From an uncultured Acidobacteriota bacterium (GTDB taxonomy: Bacteria > Acidobacteriota > Thermoanaerobaculia > Thermoanaerobaculales > Sulfomarinibacteraceae): DNA of 64,000 bases. A program made the translations under genes and the position numbers. The DNA lies in contig CAVWAW010000020.1 in assembly GCA_963753035.1 (NCBI GenBank), positions 14,040 to 78,039 on the forward strand, read 5' to 3'. Positions 30,794-39,769 of the stretch are shown here, in pieces; within the stretch, counting starts at the first letter, position 1, and each line of letters opens with the position of its first letter. The notes beneath the pieces were generated by a model, which saw only the letters and a list, made by a program, of their open reading frames with translations, made no database searches and was not told where the DNA came from.

Positions 30794-32950
30794 TCAGTAG
30801 GTCCACCCGGGGTGGTTCTTGCCGTGGCAGCGCAGAGTGCATTTGCCGTTGTGGGTTCCGGTGGACAAGTACTCCAGCGTCCCGTTGAAGGGAAAAACCA
30901 CCGAGGTGTCAAAGTTGATCAGCTTCGGATTGGCCGAGGCGTGTGGATCATGGCAGACATTGCAGGGGGTATCTTCCTCTCGAATGTGTTTGTCATGATC
31001 ATCGAAACTCGTCCCGTTGCTGATGCTGGTCCACGAGTGACATTTGAAACACAGAGCGAAATTCGCCGTGTTGAAATTCGTGCCGTCCACGGTGACATAG
31101 CGTCGTTCCAGCAGATGGGGCCAATCCGAGCCATGCGGGCCGTTGGCGCCCGAGCCTCCCGCCACCGGACCGTCGTCGTTGTTGTGACAGGTGGTGCAGC
31201 TCATGAGGCTGTTCTCGTCCCAGCCGTTGTTAATGATGAGTGACGGCACGGACGCGTTCGTTCCCTGCACCGCAACCGGGTGGTAGGACGCCATGGAACC
31301 GTCGAATTCCACCCGAACATTTGTTTCCGGGAACTGCCGCGGTGTCGGCGCTGAGGGCAGATTGGGGCTGTCGGCGTGACAACGGAAGCAGAGCTCGTAC
31401 TCATAGGATGCGGGATTCACCGCATTGCCCGCCAAGTTGACGCCCTGAACGCCCTCGAGCGGACCTGATGCGGGTCTCGGCGCTGTCGCCGCGCCGGGAA
31501 GGTTGATCCGACCCACCGCTTCGTGTGGGCCGTGGCAGTCTTCGCACTCGACATGGCGTGTCGTCACGACGGCGGACTCGCCCGGTTGGTGGACCTCCGA
31601 CGCCAACGACAATGGGTGGGCCGATGATTTCTGAAAATCGGCCCGCACATTTGCCGTCGCCGGACTGCCGTCGTGGCAGGTGAAGCAGAGGTTTTCTTCC
31701 AGATCCACCTGGAGCCGAGGATAGTCGCGATCGGTGTCGGCGTTATCGGGCCAGCCGTGCGCCTGGTGGCAGCCCGCGCAGGTCGCGGTCTGGGTCGAAT
31801 CGGTGATGGCCGGAAAGGTCGATCCGTATTGCCCACCGGGCCACAGCGCCCCTGTTGAACCGGAGTCGAAATGTGCCGCCGGAGTCGCGGTGTCGGCCAG
31901 GGTGTGGCACTCGATGCACAGCCCCACTCGATCGGCGCTCCGCAGCAACGAACCATCGTCCACCGGCGAATCATGGAGCTGATGGCAGGTCATGCAAGCG
32001 ATTCGATCGTTCGGATCGAGGGGCAGGGTCGTGGGCGGCTGGGTGCCCCCGGATGCGGGCACGGTGACGTCAACCGGGTGCGACCCGTCGCGAGCGAACT
32101 GGACGACACGGAGGCCGTGGCAGTCGTTGCACATGGCGCCCTCGTCGTTGTCGATGCGCATGAAGTGGCGGCCTTCGCCAGTTCCCGGCCCACCGTAAGG
32201 GGGCGCCGACGCATCGAAGGGTTCCTTGACCTGCTTGTGCTCGTTGTGGCAGGTCGAGCACATGGCCCGGCCGTCCTCGAGCCTGCCCGACATCTCCGGG
32301 GCGGCCGGTGGGAGGATCTCCGTCCTGACATAGATCCTCCAGACGTCGCCGGCCACGAAGGACGGCGGCGCATCGGCGTCGAAGAAACTCACGGTCACAC
32401 CTTCGTCGAGGGGAACATCGGCACCCGTGGTGAGCCCGGTCCCGCCTCCACCGAGGGTGTCGTTCCAGGAAAAAGCCGCGGTTCCGACATCTCCGGTTGA
32501 GGTCACCGTCAGGGTGTAGGTCTTGGGGAACTTGCCGTTGAACGCTCCACCGGGAACGACCTCACCCACCGAGGTGTTGCCGGCGTCCGATTTGATGTGG
32601 CCCGCCGCTCCCGCATCCCACCGGTGCGAGTTGCCCGACGGGGTCGTCCCCGACGGTAATCCTGGGCCGGGCAGTGCCTGGTCGGCGTCGATAAATGGAA
32701 AACCGCCCGCAAAGCCGCCGGCGACGTGGCAGCTCAGACACAGATTGCCGTTGCCGCCCACAGTGGTGAGGCTTCCACCGGCCGAGTTGTGCGTCGTGTG
32801 GCAACTCGAACAATCGATGTTCACCGAAGCATCATGCGCCGGGTCCAACGCCCGGGCGGCAGGAGCGACCAGAAGCAGGATCATCAGGAGAACCGGCCGC
32901 CCACCCTGGAGCCGTCGCCGCAGACTACGGGAACGTTTCAGACCAGGCAT
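30794..32950 (-). CDS. Secreted multiheme c-type cytochrome, 13 CXXCH + 1 CX3CH
   Basis: 718 aa with a signal peptide ending APAARA. Motifs in order: CSSCH, CLSCH, CSTCH, CNDCH, CMTCH, CIECH, CAGCH, CFTCH, CEDCH, CFRCH, CTTCH, CFKCH, CNVCH, then CTLRCH at the C-terminus. A 155-aa heme-free insert lies between hemes 2 and 3. Confidence 0.9.
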   Translation of the reverse strand: MPGLKRSRSLRRRLQGGRPVLLMILLLVAPAARALDPAHDASVNIDCSSCHTTHNSAGGSLTTVGGNGNLCLSCHVAGGFAGGFPFIDADQALPGPGLPSGTTPSGNSHRWDAGAAGHIKSDAGNTSVGEVVPGGAFNGKFPKTYTLTVTSTGDVGTAAFSWNDTLGGGGTGLTTGADVPLDEGVTVSFFDADAPPSFVAGDVWRIYVRTEILPPAAPEMSGRLEDGRAMCSTCHNEHKQVKEPFDASAPPYGGPGTGEGRHFMRIDNDEGAMCNDCHGLRVVQFARDGSHPVDVTVPASGGTQPPTTLPLDPNDRIACMTCHQLHDSPVDDGSLLRSADRVGLCIECHTLADTATPAAHFDSGSTGALWPGGQYGSTFPAITDSTQTATCAGCHQAHGWPDNADTDRDYPRLQVDLEENLCFTCHDGSPATANVRADFQKSSAHPLSLASEVHQPGESAVVTTRHVECEDCHGPHEAVGRINLPGAATAPRPASGPLEGVQGVNLAGNAVNPASYEYELCFRCHADSPNLPSAPTPRQFPETNVRVEFDGSMASYHPVAVQGTNASVPSLIINNGWDENSLMSCTTCHNNDDGPVAGGSGANGPHGSDWPHLLERRYVTVDGTNFNTANFALCFKCHSWTSISNGTSFDDHDKHIREEDTPCNVCHDPHASANPKLINFDTSVVFPFNGTLEYLSTGTHNGKCTLRCHGKNHPGWTY

Positions 32951-34175
32951 TCACATCTCCAGACTCGAAACCGTCATCAAAAATCGATCCCGTCGGGGGC
33001 GGGACTGTGAAATCGTCTAAACCGAAGACCTCGAGACGACCGCTGTTCACCGAGGACACGAACAACCGGTTGTGACCGTCGATGACCAGCCCGAACGGCG
33101 TCCGGAACTGCCCCGGGTGGTCTCCGATGCTGCCGATCACAGCCAACTCCGCGCCGGCTCCATCAAAGACCTTGACGTGGCTCTGGAAGGCGTCGGCGAC
33201 ATAGATTCTGCCGATCCCGTCTCCCCTCAGCCCTTGGATCCGGCCGAAGTTTCGGTCCCCGCCACCCTGAGCCCCGAAACAACGGAGGAAGGCGCCCTGC
33301 CGGTCAAAGACCTGAACCCGATCATTGTTCTGGTCACCGACAAAAACTTCGCCGTAGGGACTCACCCAGACGGCGGATGGAAAATCGAACTCTCCCGGGC
33401 CGCTTCCGCTCCCGCCGAATGATCGAAGCGGCAGACCATCCGGGTCGTAGACCTTGATCAGGTCCGCCTTGCCGTCGGCGACAAAGACCTCGCCGAAACC
33501 GGGGTCCGGATCGATGGCAATGTCGGTCGCACCCTGGAACTCACCGGCGCCGGCGCCGAGCGTGCCGCTGTGGTTCCACTGCTCGTCATAGATGTCCACC
33601 CGGCCGGTTGCATCGTCACTCACGTAGGTGTTTCCAAAATCGTCGACAGCGAGGGCGAGGGGTACACCCATTGCGCTGCGAACTTCGATGACCCGGCCGT
33701 GAACATCCATGATCACGATCGATCCCCGAGTCGGATCGGTGACGTAGACATTGTCACCGGAGTCGACGGCCAACCGCGCCGGCGCCCGCAGACTCTCCAG
33801 CTGAGAGCCCAGGACCTCGACCTCGGGAGGCGGCAGCACCGGTGTTCCATCCCAGGTGCACAGCTGTGCGGATGTCGTTCCCGGCAGGCCGAGAAAGACC
33901 ATGCCGGCAACAAAGACCACCGTCACACGCGCGATCCTGTAGGACCGCGCGGCGCCGGACCGACCTGCGCTCGCACCCCTCGGGTCGTCATCCACCACTG
34001 ATGGACGTCTCACTCCGGCTTCCTTTCTCGCAATGGCATCGTGCAAATAACCAAGAATCGTTCCGAATAATGATTGTCGCGAAAACGGCCATCCTCTTTC
34101 AGTGCCGTAGATCACCGACCCACTCGGACCCGCGAGGGTCACCGCATCCACATGAGTGGAATCGCCAAGCCTCAC
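32925..34175 (-). CDS. NHL-repeat beta-propeller protein (N-terminal TM anchor)
   Basis: Six NHL-like blades (NVYVTDPTRGSIVIMD, NTYVSDDATGRVDIYD, EVFVADGKADLIKVYD, EVFVGDQNNDRVQVFD, RIYVADAFQSHVKVFD, RLFVSSVNSGRLEVF). The start overlaps the upstream stop by 4 nt. Confidence 0.8.
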   Translation of the reverse strand: MRLGDSTHVDAVTLAGPSGSVIYGTERGWPFSRQSLFGTILGYLHDAIARKEAGVRRPSVVDDDPRGASAGRSGAARSYRIARVTVVFVAGMVFLGLPGTTSAQLCTWDGTPVLPPPEVEVLGSQLESLRAPARLAVDSGDNVYVTDPTRGSIVIMDVHGRVIEVRSAMGVPLALAVDDFGNTYVSDDATGRVDIYDEQWNHSGTLGAGAGEFQGATDIAIDPDPGFGEVFVADGKADLIKVYDPDGLPLRSFGGSGSGPGEFDFPSAVWVSPYGEVFVGDQNNDRVQVFDRQGAFLRCFGAQGGGDRNFGRIQGLRGDGIGRIYVADAFQSHVKVFDGAGAELAVIGSIGDHPGQFRTPFGLVIDGHNRLFVSSVNSGRLEVFGLDDFTVPPPTGSIFDDGFESGDVNAWSETFP

Positions 34176-35302
34176 TGGCGCCTGCTGTCCGGTCTGTCTT
34201 CCGGTCGCGGCGCCGCCTGGAAGCCCGTAGGATGCCTGCCAAGGCCGCTATCGCGCGCGGGATCGGCAAACCTCGGGTGACCCTTGCTGGTGAACATGGG
34301 TCCATAGCCGAGGGGGTCGTGATCGACTCCGTGGCAGGTGAGATAGCAACCCCCCATCCCCGCGGCCTCGGAAGTGTATTCGAGCCGCCCCGAACTCGAG
34401 GCCAGCACACCGGTGATCGCGGTGGGCTCATTGAAGCGGATGAGGGCCCGCCCAGCGGTCGCTCCGTGCGAATCGTGGCACAGAACGCACGCGGTTCGTT
34501 GGTCCACGACGTGCAGGCGGTGATACGGAAAGGGGTCGGAATCGAGGACGATCTTTCGATCGTGGCACTGATAGCACAGAGCGTAGGAGCTCTCCGATTC
34601 CGGCTGCCCATCCTGCAATGAGTAGTCCGCGCCGAGCAAACCCGGCACTCGACTCCCGTGCGGTCCGCGCGCACCTCGAACATCATCGTTGGTGTGGCAG
34701 TCCGAACAGTTGATCAGGGAATCCGACGTCAAAGGAGGCAAAAGGCTCGGGACCTCCCCGACACCGATGGCGAGCACCGGATGGAACGACGGATTCCTCG
34801 AATCGAAGAGCAGACCGATGTCATGAGGATCCGAGACCATGGCGGACCGGGTCCCATGACACGAAAGGCAGAGGTTCGCCTCGCTCGTGAAACCCCGTTT
34901 CGGCGAAGGTTTCTGCCGCCCGAGATCGAGGCCGGTTCCGTCCAAGCCCTGGAGCCGGCCGATACCATGAACGCTGTGGCAGTCGACACAACTCGCCCCG
35001 CGGTGGATCACCGGTTTGACCATTTCCACACGGATGTCCGCAGGATCGGCGCCGGAGTCCATTCCGAGTGCTTCCCGCCGGCCGGGCTCGGCCGCACCCG
35101 TCTGGTGGCATTCGATGCACATGGTGTCTCTGTCGGTCTTCAACATGGGGGTTCGGGAGGCCCCGTGACCCTGATGGCAAGGCGTACAGTCTTCGGCGAG
35201 CATCCCCGGCTCGAAGTGCTTGCCGAGATCAACGGCCGAAGCCACCGGGGCGATCAGGACAATCGCCACCGCGGCAGTTCTCAGGAATGACAGGCGATGC
35301 AT
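34172..35302 (-). CDS. Secreted multiheme c-type cytochrome, 7 CXXCH + 1 CX3CH
   Basis: Start taken at MHRLSFLRTAAVAIVLIAPVASA within ORF 34172-35374. Motifs: CTPCH, CIECH, CVDCH, CLSCH, CSDCH, CYQCH, CVLCH, then CYLTCH. The C-terminal half is paralogous to the end of the 718-aa cytochrome. Confidence 0.9.
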   Translation of the reverse strand: MHRLSFLRTAAVAIVLIAPVASAVDLGKHFEPGMLAEDCTPCHQGHGASRTPMLKTDRDTMCIECHQTGAAEPGRREALGMDSGADPADIRVEMVKPVIHRGASCVDCHSVHGIGRLQGLDGTGLDLGRQKPSPKRGFTSEANLCLSCHGTRSAMVSDPHDIGLLFDSRNPSFHPVLAIGVGEVPSLLPPLTSDSLINCSDCHTNDDVRGARGPHGSRVPGLLGADYSLQDGQPESESSYALCYQCHDRKIVLDSDPFPYHRLHVVDQRTACVLCHDSHGATAGRALIRFNEPTAITGVLASSSGRLEYTSEAAGMGGCYLTCHGVDHDPLGYGPMFTSKGHPRFADPARDSGLGRHPTGFQAAPRPEDRPDSRRQ

Positions 35303-35934
35303 AGCTCCCCCGGTTTTGCGGTGAGAAGGAAATCTCCGTACGGATCGCGGTGGGGATCGTGGCAGGTTGTGCACTGGATGCGATTCTCTTTATCGAGCTT
35401 CGCGAGGGGGTGATTCCGCATCTCCGACAACGATCTCAAGGGGACATCGCCCTTGGAGTTATTGGTTGTGACCAGGTGGTCCGTCACCATGAAGGAGACC
35501 GGGTGATCACCGCTCAGGTCACGGCCGAGATTCGATTCCGACGTCGATGGCATGGTGGTGATACCACCACGCATCTCGATCCGACCCGACGACACCGTCG
35601 ATCCGAGCGCGATGGTTCCGTCGTGGCAGGATAGGCAGAGTTTCGAGGAACCATTGGGCTGCGGCGCTTCCCCCGAGGAACTGTAGGCATCCATGGTCTC
35701 GCTCCAGTACATCTGGTAGCTGCCCCCCGGATTCTCCCGATTCCACAACGGCGCCTGGAAGACGGCGTTGTGGGTGGTGTGGCAGAAGACACACACCCTG
35801 GTCTCGGACACCGCTCTGACGGTACCGGGACCGGTCACTGAAAGATTGTGGGAGGTGTCGCGCACGCTTTCCTGGGACGAGGCCAGAACAGCCAGACCCA
35901 ACACCATCGTCAGGGTGATCGCTGCGCGTCTCAT
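35281..35934 (-). CDS. Secreted tetraheme c-type cytochrome (paralog 2)
   Basis: 217 aa with signal peptide ...LAVLASS. Motifs: CVFCHTTHN, CLSCHDG, CTTCHDPH, CIACHS*. It is collinear with the 39770-40381 product and has an ATGA overlap with the upstream NHL gene. Confidence 0.9.
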   Translation of the reverse strand: MRRAAITLTMVLGLAVLASSQESVRDTSHNLSVTGPGTVRAVSETRVCVFCHTTHNAVFQAPLWNRENPGGSYQMYWSETMDAYSSSGEAPQPNGSSKLCLSCHDGTIALGSTVSSGRIEMRGGITTMPSTSESNLGRDLSGDHPVSFMVTDHLVTTNNSKGDVPLRSLSEMRNHPLAKLDKENRIQCTTCHDPHRDPYGDFLLTAKPGELCIACHS

Positions 35935-36938
35935 TTCAGGTTTTCCCTTCGCTGGTAACGCATGAGTTGGACTCGTCGATTCCCGGTATCCGCAACGGCC
36001 ATATGACCGCGGCGATCGATGGCGAGGCCTCCGGGGGTCCAGAATTCCCCGGCCCCGAAACCACGACCTCCGATGATCAGGAGAAGCTGTCCATCCTGGT
36101 CAAAGACCTGAACCGCATCAAAGCGTGCGTCGGACACATAGAGGTGGCCGTCGGGATCGATCGCCAGCCCCTTGGCCAGGGCAAAATGACCAGACCCATC
36201 CCCGTGCTGGCCGAACTGAGAGAGATAATGAAGTTTGGCGTCGAGTTGCTGGATTCGGAAATTGAAGGGGTCGAGGACCCAGACAGTCCCGTCCGGCGCT
36301 TCGGCGACGGCGGTCGGAGTGTTGAACTCGCCATCGCCGGTTCCACGCCTACCTGACCTGGCCACTTCGAGTCCTCCCGTGCTGACACGAACCACCTGAC
36401 CGGTCTCGGCGTCGGTGATCAAAACGTCGCCATTCGCACACACGGCGAGCCCACCACAACGCTGCACAAAGCCTTGACTCACGACCTCGCCGAGCAGCAC
36501 GCCTTTGTGGTCGAAAGCGATGACCGCTCCGAGTTCCCGATCGGCAACCAGGATCTGATCCCCATCCGGGGTCGCGGCGATTGCGACCGGTTGCATGCCT
36601 TCAGGCAGCTTCAACCTGATCGCGGCGCTTCCATCGGTCTTGCCGCCGATCACCCAGTTCATGGCCGTGTCCACCACGAAGACCCGGTCTTTGGCGAGGG
36701 CCACGGCAACGGGCCGCGGCAGAGGCAACGTCTGCTGACGCCGCTCGGCGCCGGCCACTGCACGGAAGATCCGTCCCAGCCCCTTGGGGCGGAACTCATC
36801 GACGGTGGCCTGCCAGGCAACCTCGGCCGGAGCCTCTGCCGAAGGCGGCGGCCAGACCGGGCCTTCAGCACACATCCCCGGTGACGGCAGGCAACCCGCT
36901 CCGAGAAACACCACGAGTGCGATTCGTCGCACCCTCAT
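35931..36938 (-). CDS. NHL-repeat beta-propeller protein, lipobox-like signal (paralog of 40725-41774)
   Basis: N-terminus is MRVRRIALVVFLGAGC. NHL blades include QILVADRELGAVIAFD, VWVLDPFNFRIQQLD, HLYVSDARFDAVQVFD and HMAVADTGNRRVQLM. It has an ATGA overlap with the upstream barrel gene. Confidence 0.8.
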   Translation of the reverse strand: MRVRRIALVVFLGAGCLPSPGMCAEGPVWPPPSAEAPAEVAWQATVDEFRPKGLGRIFRAVAGAERRQQTLPLPRPVAVALAKDRVFVVDTAMNWVIGGKTDGSAAIRLKLPEGMQPVAIAATPDGDQILVADRELGAVIAFDHKGVLLGEVVSQGFVQRCGGLAVCANGDVLITDAETGQVVRVSTGGLEVARSGRRGTGDGEFNTPTAVAEAPDGTVWVLDPFNFRIQQLDAKLHYLSQFGQHGDGSGHFALAKGLAIDPDGHLYVSDARFDAVQVFDQDGQLLLIIGGRGFGAGEFWTPGGLAIDRRGHMAVADTGNRRVQLMRYQRRENLK

Positions 36939-38695
36939 CTTCGATGATCTCCGGCTCTGAATTGGAACAATCGCCTCACACCGACCCAGATCCTTCGGAA
37001 CCGGCGCTGTTCGAGTCCCGCCTCCTCGGTCCGCTGCTCTCGGACCCGAGCATAGAACGAGAGCTTGGCATAGTTGAATCGAAGTCCGAGCTCGGCGAAT
37101 TCATAGGTTCCGATATGATCGAAGATCCTGCGTTCCTCGGAGCGTACAAAACCGTCGAAGAGCAACCAATACGTCGGCCCCCAGCTGATGTTCGCCTGCC
37201 ACACATCGGTCAGAGTCGGGACTTCGCTTCCGACCATCTCAAACCGGTCGGCGGAGGCTCCGATGGTCACCCGTCCGAGCGCGATGTTGAGCTGGGCACG
37301 GGCGACATCCTCCTCGATCTCGAATCCCCGGTCCACCCGTACCCGGTTGCGATAGTCCAAGTCGAGCGACAACGCGGTTCGTTGGCTGGGTCGATACTCG
37401 AATATCACCCGTCCGCGGTAGCGCCGCCGGTCTAAACCGGCGAGAAACGCGCTCCCGATGGGAGGTTCGCCGATGCTGTAGTCCGGTATCGAGAGTTGGT
37501 TGTCAAAGTACTCGACGTCGAGAGTCACGCTCGAGCGAGGAAGCTGGTAGCGAACCGACCCGAAGATCAGGGAGCCGAAGGCCGATTCCTGTTCGAGCTC
37601 CTCCGGATCGGCCCTGAGATAGGTCACCCGGGGGTAGAGCGACACCCACCAACGGCCGTACTGCTTGCCCCATCTCAGTCCGAGGCCCGCCCGCGGCTGG
37701 GTCAGCCGTAAACCGTCACCGTATTCGTTGCTGAGGTAGCCGAGTTCGGCCTCGAGAAAGGTCGAGGGACTCAGCGGAGCGACGAGGTTGGCCGAGAGGT
37801 TACCGGTAATGATCTCTTCAACCGGGTCGGTCTCGACGCGGACCACGCGCATATCCGCCCTCAGGTCCCAGAAACCGAGTTGACTGTATCGGTGGCGCAA
37901 CTGGTTTCTGAACAGGTAGTTTGTCGTCCACGGCGAGAAATCACCGTGATTCTGGGCGGAGCGGTAGACATTTCCGATCAGGTCGGTGTGCCAGTAGACC
38001 TTTCCGGTCCGGTTGACGTCGAGGTCGAACCGTCCCGAACCGATCTCCTGCTGAAGACCACCTCCAAAGAGGTCGTTCTCCTTCCAAAGAAGCTGCAGCA
38101 TGGCATCGACTTTGCCGACGGCCGCCTGGGTGGACAGCTCGCTCCAGGCGGTGTCTTCATCACGCAGGGTGTCCGGCTGGTCCGCGTTGAAGCTCTGCTC
38201 CCAATGCCGAAGATTGAGACGGAACCACTGGCCGCCGAGAGCTCTCAGGCCATACCGCTGATAGTCTCGCACGCCATCGACGATCGCTCCCTGCTGGAGA
38301 CCCGTGACATCGGTACCCTGGCGACCCGCACCGACTTCGAGCGAGATCGCGCGGTTGTTGAAGAACCGGAGCGACCCGTCGTAATAGGTGTCGTCGACGT
38401 CGTTGTCCTGGGCGCCGGAAATCGTCTGATTCGACAGGGTTTTTGCAACACTGGCATCAAAGGTCATGAATCTCGGATCGACGAGGTGCCCGGCGACGGC
38501 CGCCCAGAGAACGGTCTGGAGATTCGATCTCTCGGCGGAAATGCCTCCGTATTCCTGTGAATCGCTCAGGTATTCCGCCGAGAGGCCAAGCGTGAAGGTC
38601 GCCCCGCTCGAGGCCCATGCGGACCCGGCGCAGCACCAAAGACAGATCACTGCGCAGATCCGGCGAGCGACGGGGTTCAGAATCTTTCGGCGCAC
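36935..38695 (-). CDS. Predicted outer-membrane beta-barrel protein
   Basis: 586 aa with a signal peptide ending SAWA and no Cys-heme motif. It has a long series of short alternating hydrophobic/polar strands rich in Y/R/G/D (FTLGLSAEYLS, LRFFNNRAISLEVGAG, RFDLDVNR, VSLYPRVTYLR, LSLDLDYRNRV, LGLRFNYAKLSFYARV) and a near-terminal ...IWVGVRRLFQF. Confidence 0.55.
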   Translation of the reverse strand: MRRKILNPVARRICAVICLWCCAGSAWASSGATFTLGLSAEYLSDSQEYGGISAERSNLQTVLWAAVAGHLVDPRFMTFDASVAKTLSNQTISGAQDNDVDDTYYDGSLRFFNNRAISLEVGAGRQGTDVTGLQQGAIVDGVRDYQRYGLRALGGQWFRLNLRHWEQSFNADQPDTLRDEDTAWSELSTQAAVGKVDAMLQLLWKENDLFGGGLQQEIGSGRFDLDVNRTGKVYWHTDLIGNVYRSAQNHGDFSPWTTNYLFRNQLRHRYSQLGFWDLRADMRVVRVETDPVEEIITGNLSANLVAPLSPSTFLEAELGYLSNEYGDGLRLTQPRAGLGLRWGKQYGRWWVSLYPRVTYLRADPEELEQESAFGSLIFGSVRYQLPRSSVTLDVEYFDNQLSIPDYSIGEPPIGSAFLAGLDRRRYRGRVIFEYRPSQRTALSLDLDYRNRVRVDRGFEIEEDVARAQLNIALGRVTIGASADRFEMVGSEVPTLTDVWQANISWGPTYWLLFDGFVRSEERRIFDHIGTYEFAELGLRFNYAKLSFYARVREQRTEEAGLEQRRFRRIWVGVRRLFQFRAGDHRR

Positions 38696-39759
38696 TCTCG
38701 AACCTCAATCGCCGCCTGGTCGACCAACTCCAGTTCGAATTCGTCGAGTCGGCGCTGTCTCTTTTCGCTGGTGATCCGTTCCTCCACCGCATCCCGCACG
38801 GTGGCGAGCTCGATCGGTTGTGATGGTCGGGTGCTGATCACTTGCAGGACATGGTAGCCGTGAATCGATTTCACCGGCTCGATCACCTCTCCGACCTCCG
38901 CTGAAAAGACCGCCTCATCGGCCGCAGGCAACAGCGATCCGCGGTGGACAAAGCCGATGTCTCCGACCTCATCCTGAAATCGAGGGGAGAGGCTCTCGAG
39001 ATCCGACTCACCCACTTCGAGCAACGAGGTGTCACCCCGACGGGCGTCTTCGGCAAGTAGGCGCGCGTGTTGCTCGGACTCCCGCCACTCCTCCTGGGTC
39101 GCAGACGGTGGAACGTTGACCAGGATGTGAACCACGTGACGGGCTTCCGGGGTCACATAGTCATCGCTGTTGAGGATGAAGAAGACCTCAACCTCGATCT
39201 CGGTTGGAGGTGTAACGCTGGAAACGATGGTCTCGTCAACCGCGTCGGCTACGGCATCCCGGTGGAGGGCCAGCCGGAATTCATCTTCGGCGATTCCCTT
39301 GGTCTCGAGGGCGGCGCGGTACTGCGCTTCGCTGGTAAATCGCGCCCGCACTTCCTGCCACGCCGCCGCTTCGGCCGCTTCATCGACATCGACGGGGTTT
39401 TCTTGCGCCCACTGCCGCTTGAGTTCTTTCAGCACCAGGGCCTCGATAGACTCGCACCTGAGTTCGGATTTTCGCTCAGTTGAGATCTGCCGATGGTAGC
39501 TTCCAACCGAAATCCGCACGGCCAGTTCGCGATCGAGTTCCCACGCCTCGAGCTGTCGGCCATTGACGGTCGCCACCGAATCGACCACCGCGGCTGACTC
39601 GCCAACCGAAGCGACAAAATGCATGGCGGCCGCTAAAATCACGACCGCGTTGAGCAACAGCCTGCCCGATGCGGCTTTCCCATGAGCGGCAGAAACCACC
39701 CCGAAAAAGGCACGGGGGGCGAAACGATCGCCCCCCGTGTCGCGAGCTTGCGTCATCAC
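38677..39759 (-). CDS. Parvulin-type peptidyl-prolyl cis-trans isomerase (SurA/PrsA-like), membrane-anchored
   Basis: N-terminal TM followed by a SurA-N-like helical region. PpiC domain: ARHVVHILV...GDIGFVHRGSLLPAADEAVFS.EVGEV..PVKSIHGYHVLQV. Confidence 0.8.
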   Translation of the reverse strand: MMTQARDTGGDRFAPRAFFGVVSAAHGKAASGRLLLNAVVILAAAMHFVASVGESAAVVDSVATVNGRQLEAWELDRELAVRISVGSYHRQISTERKSELRCESIEALVLKELKRQWAQENPVDVDEAAEAAAWQEVRARFTSEAQYRAALETKGIAEDEFRLALHRDAVADAVDETIVSSVTPPTEIEVEVFFILNSDDYVTPEARHVVHILVNVPPSATQEEWRESEQHARLLAEDARRGDTSLLEVGESDLESLSPRFQDEVGDIGFVHRGSLLPAADEAVFSAEVGEVIEPVKSIHGYHVLQVISTRPSQPIELATVRDAVEERITSEKRQRRLDEFELELVDQAAIEVRECAERF

Positions 39760-39769
39760 CAGGAGCGGA

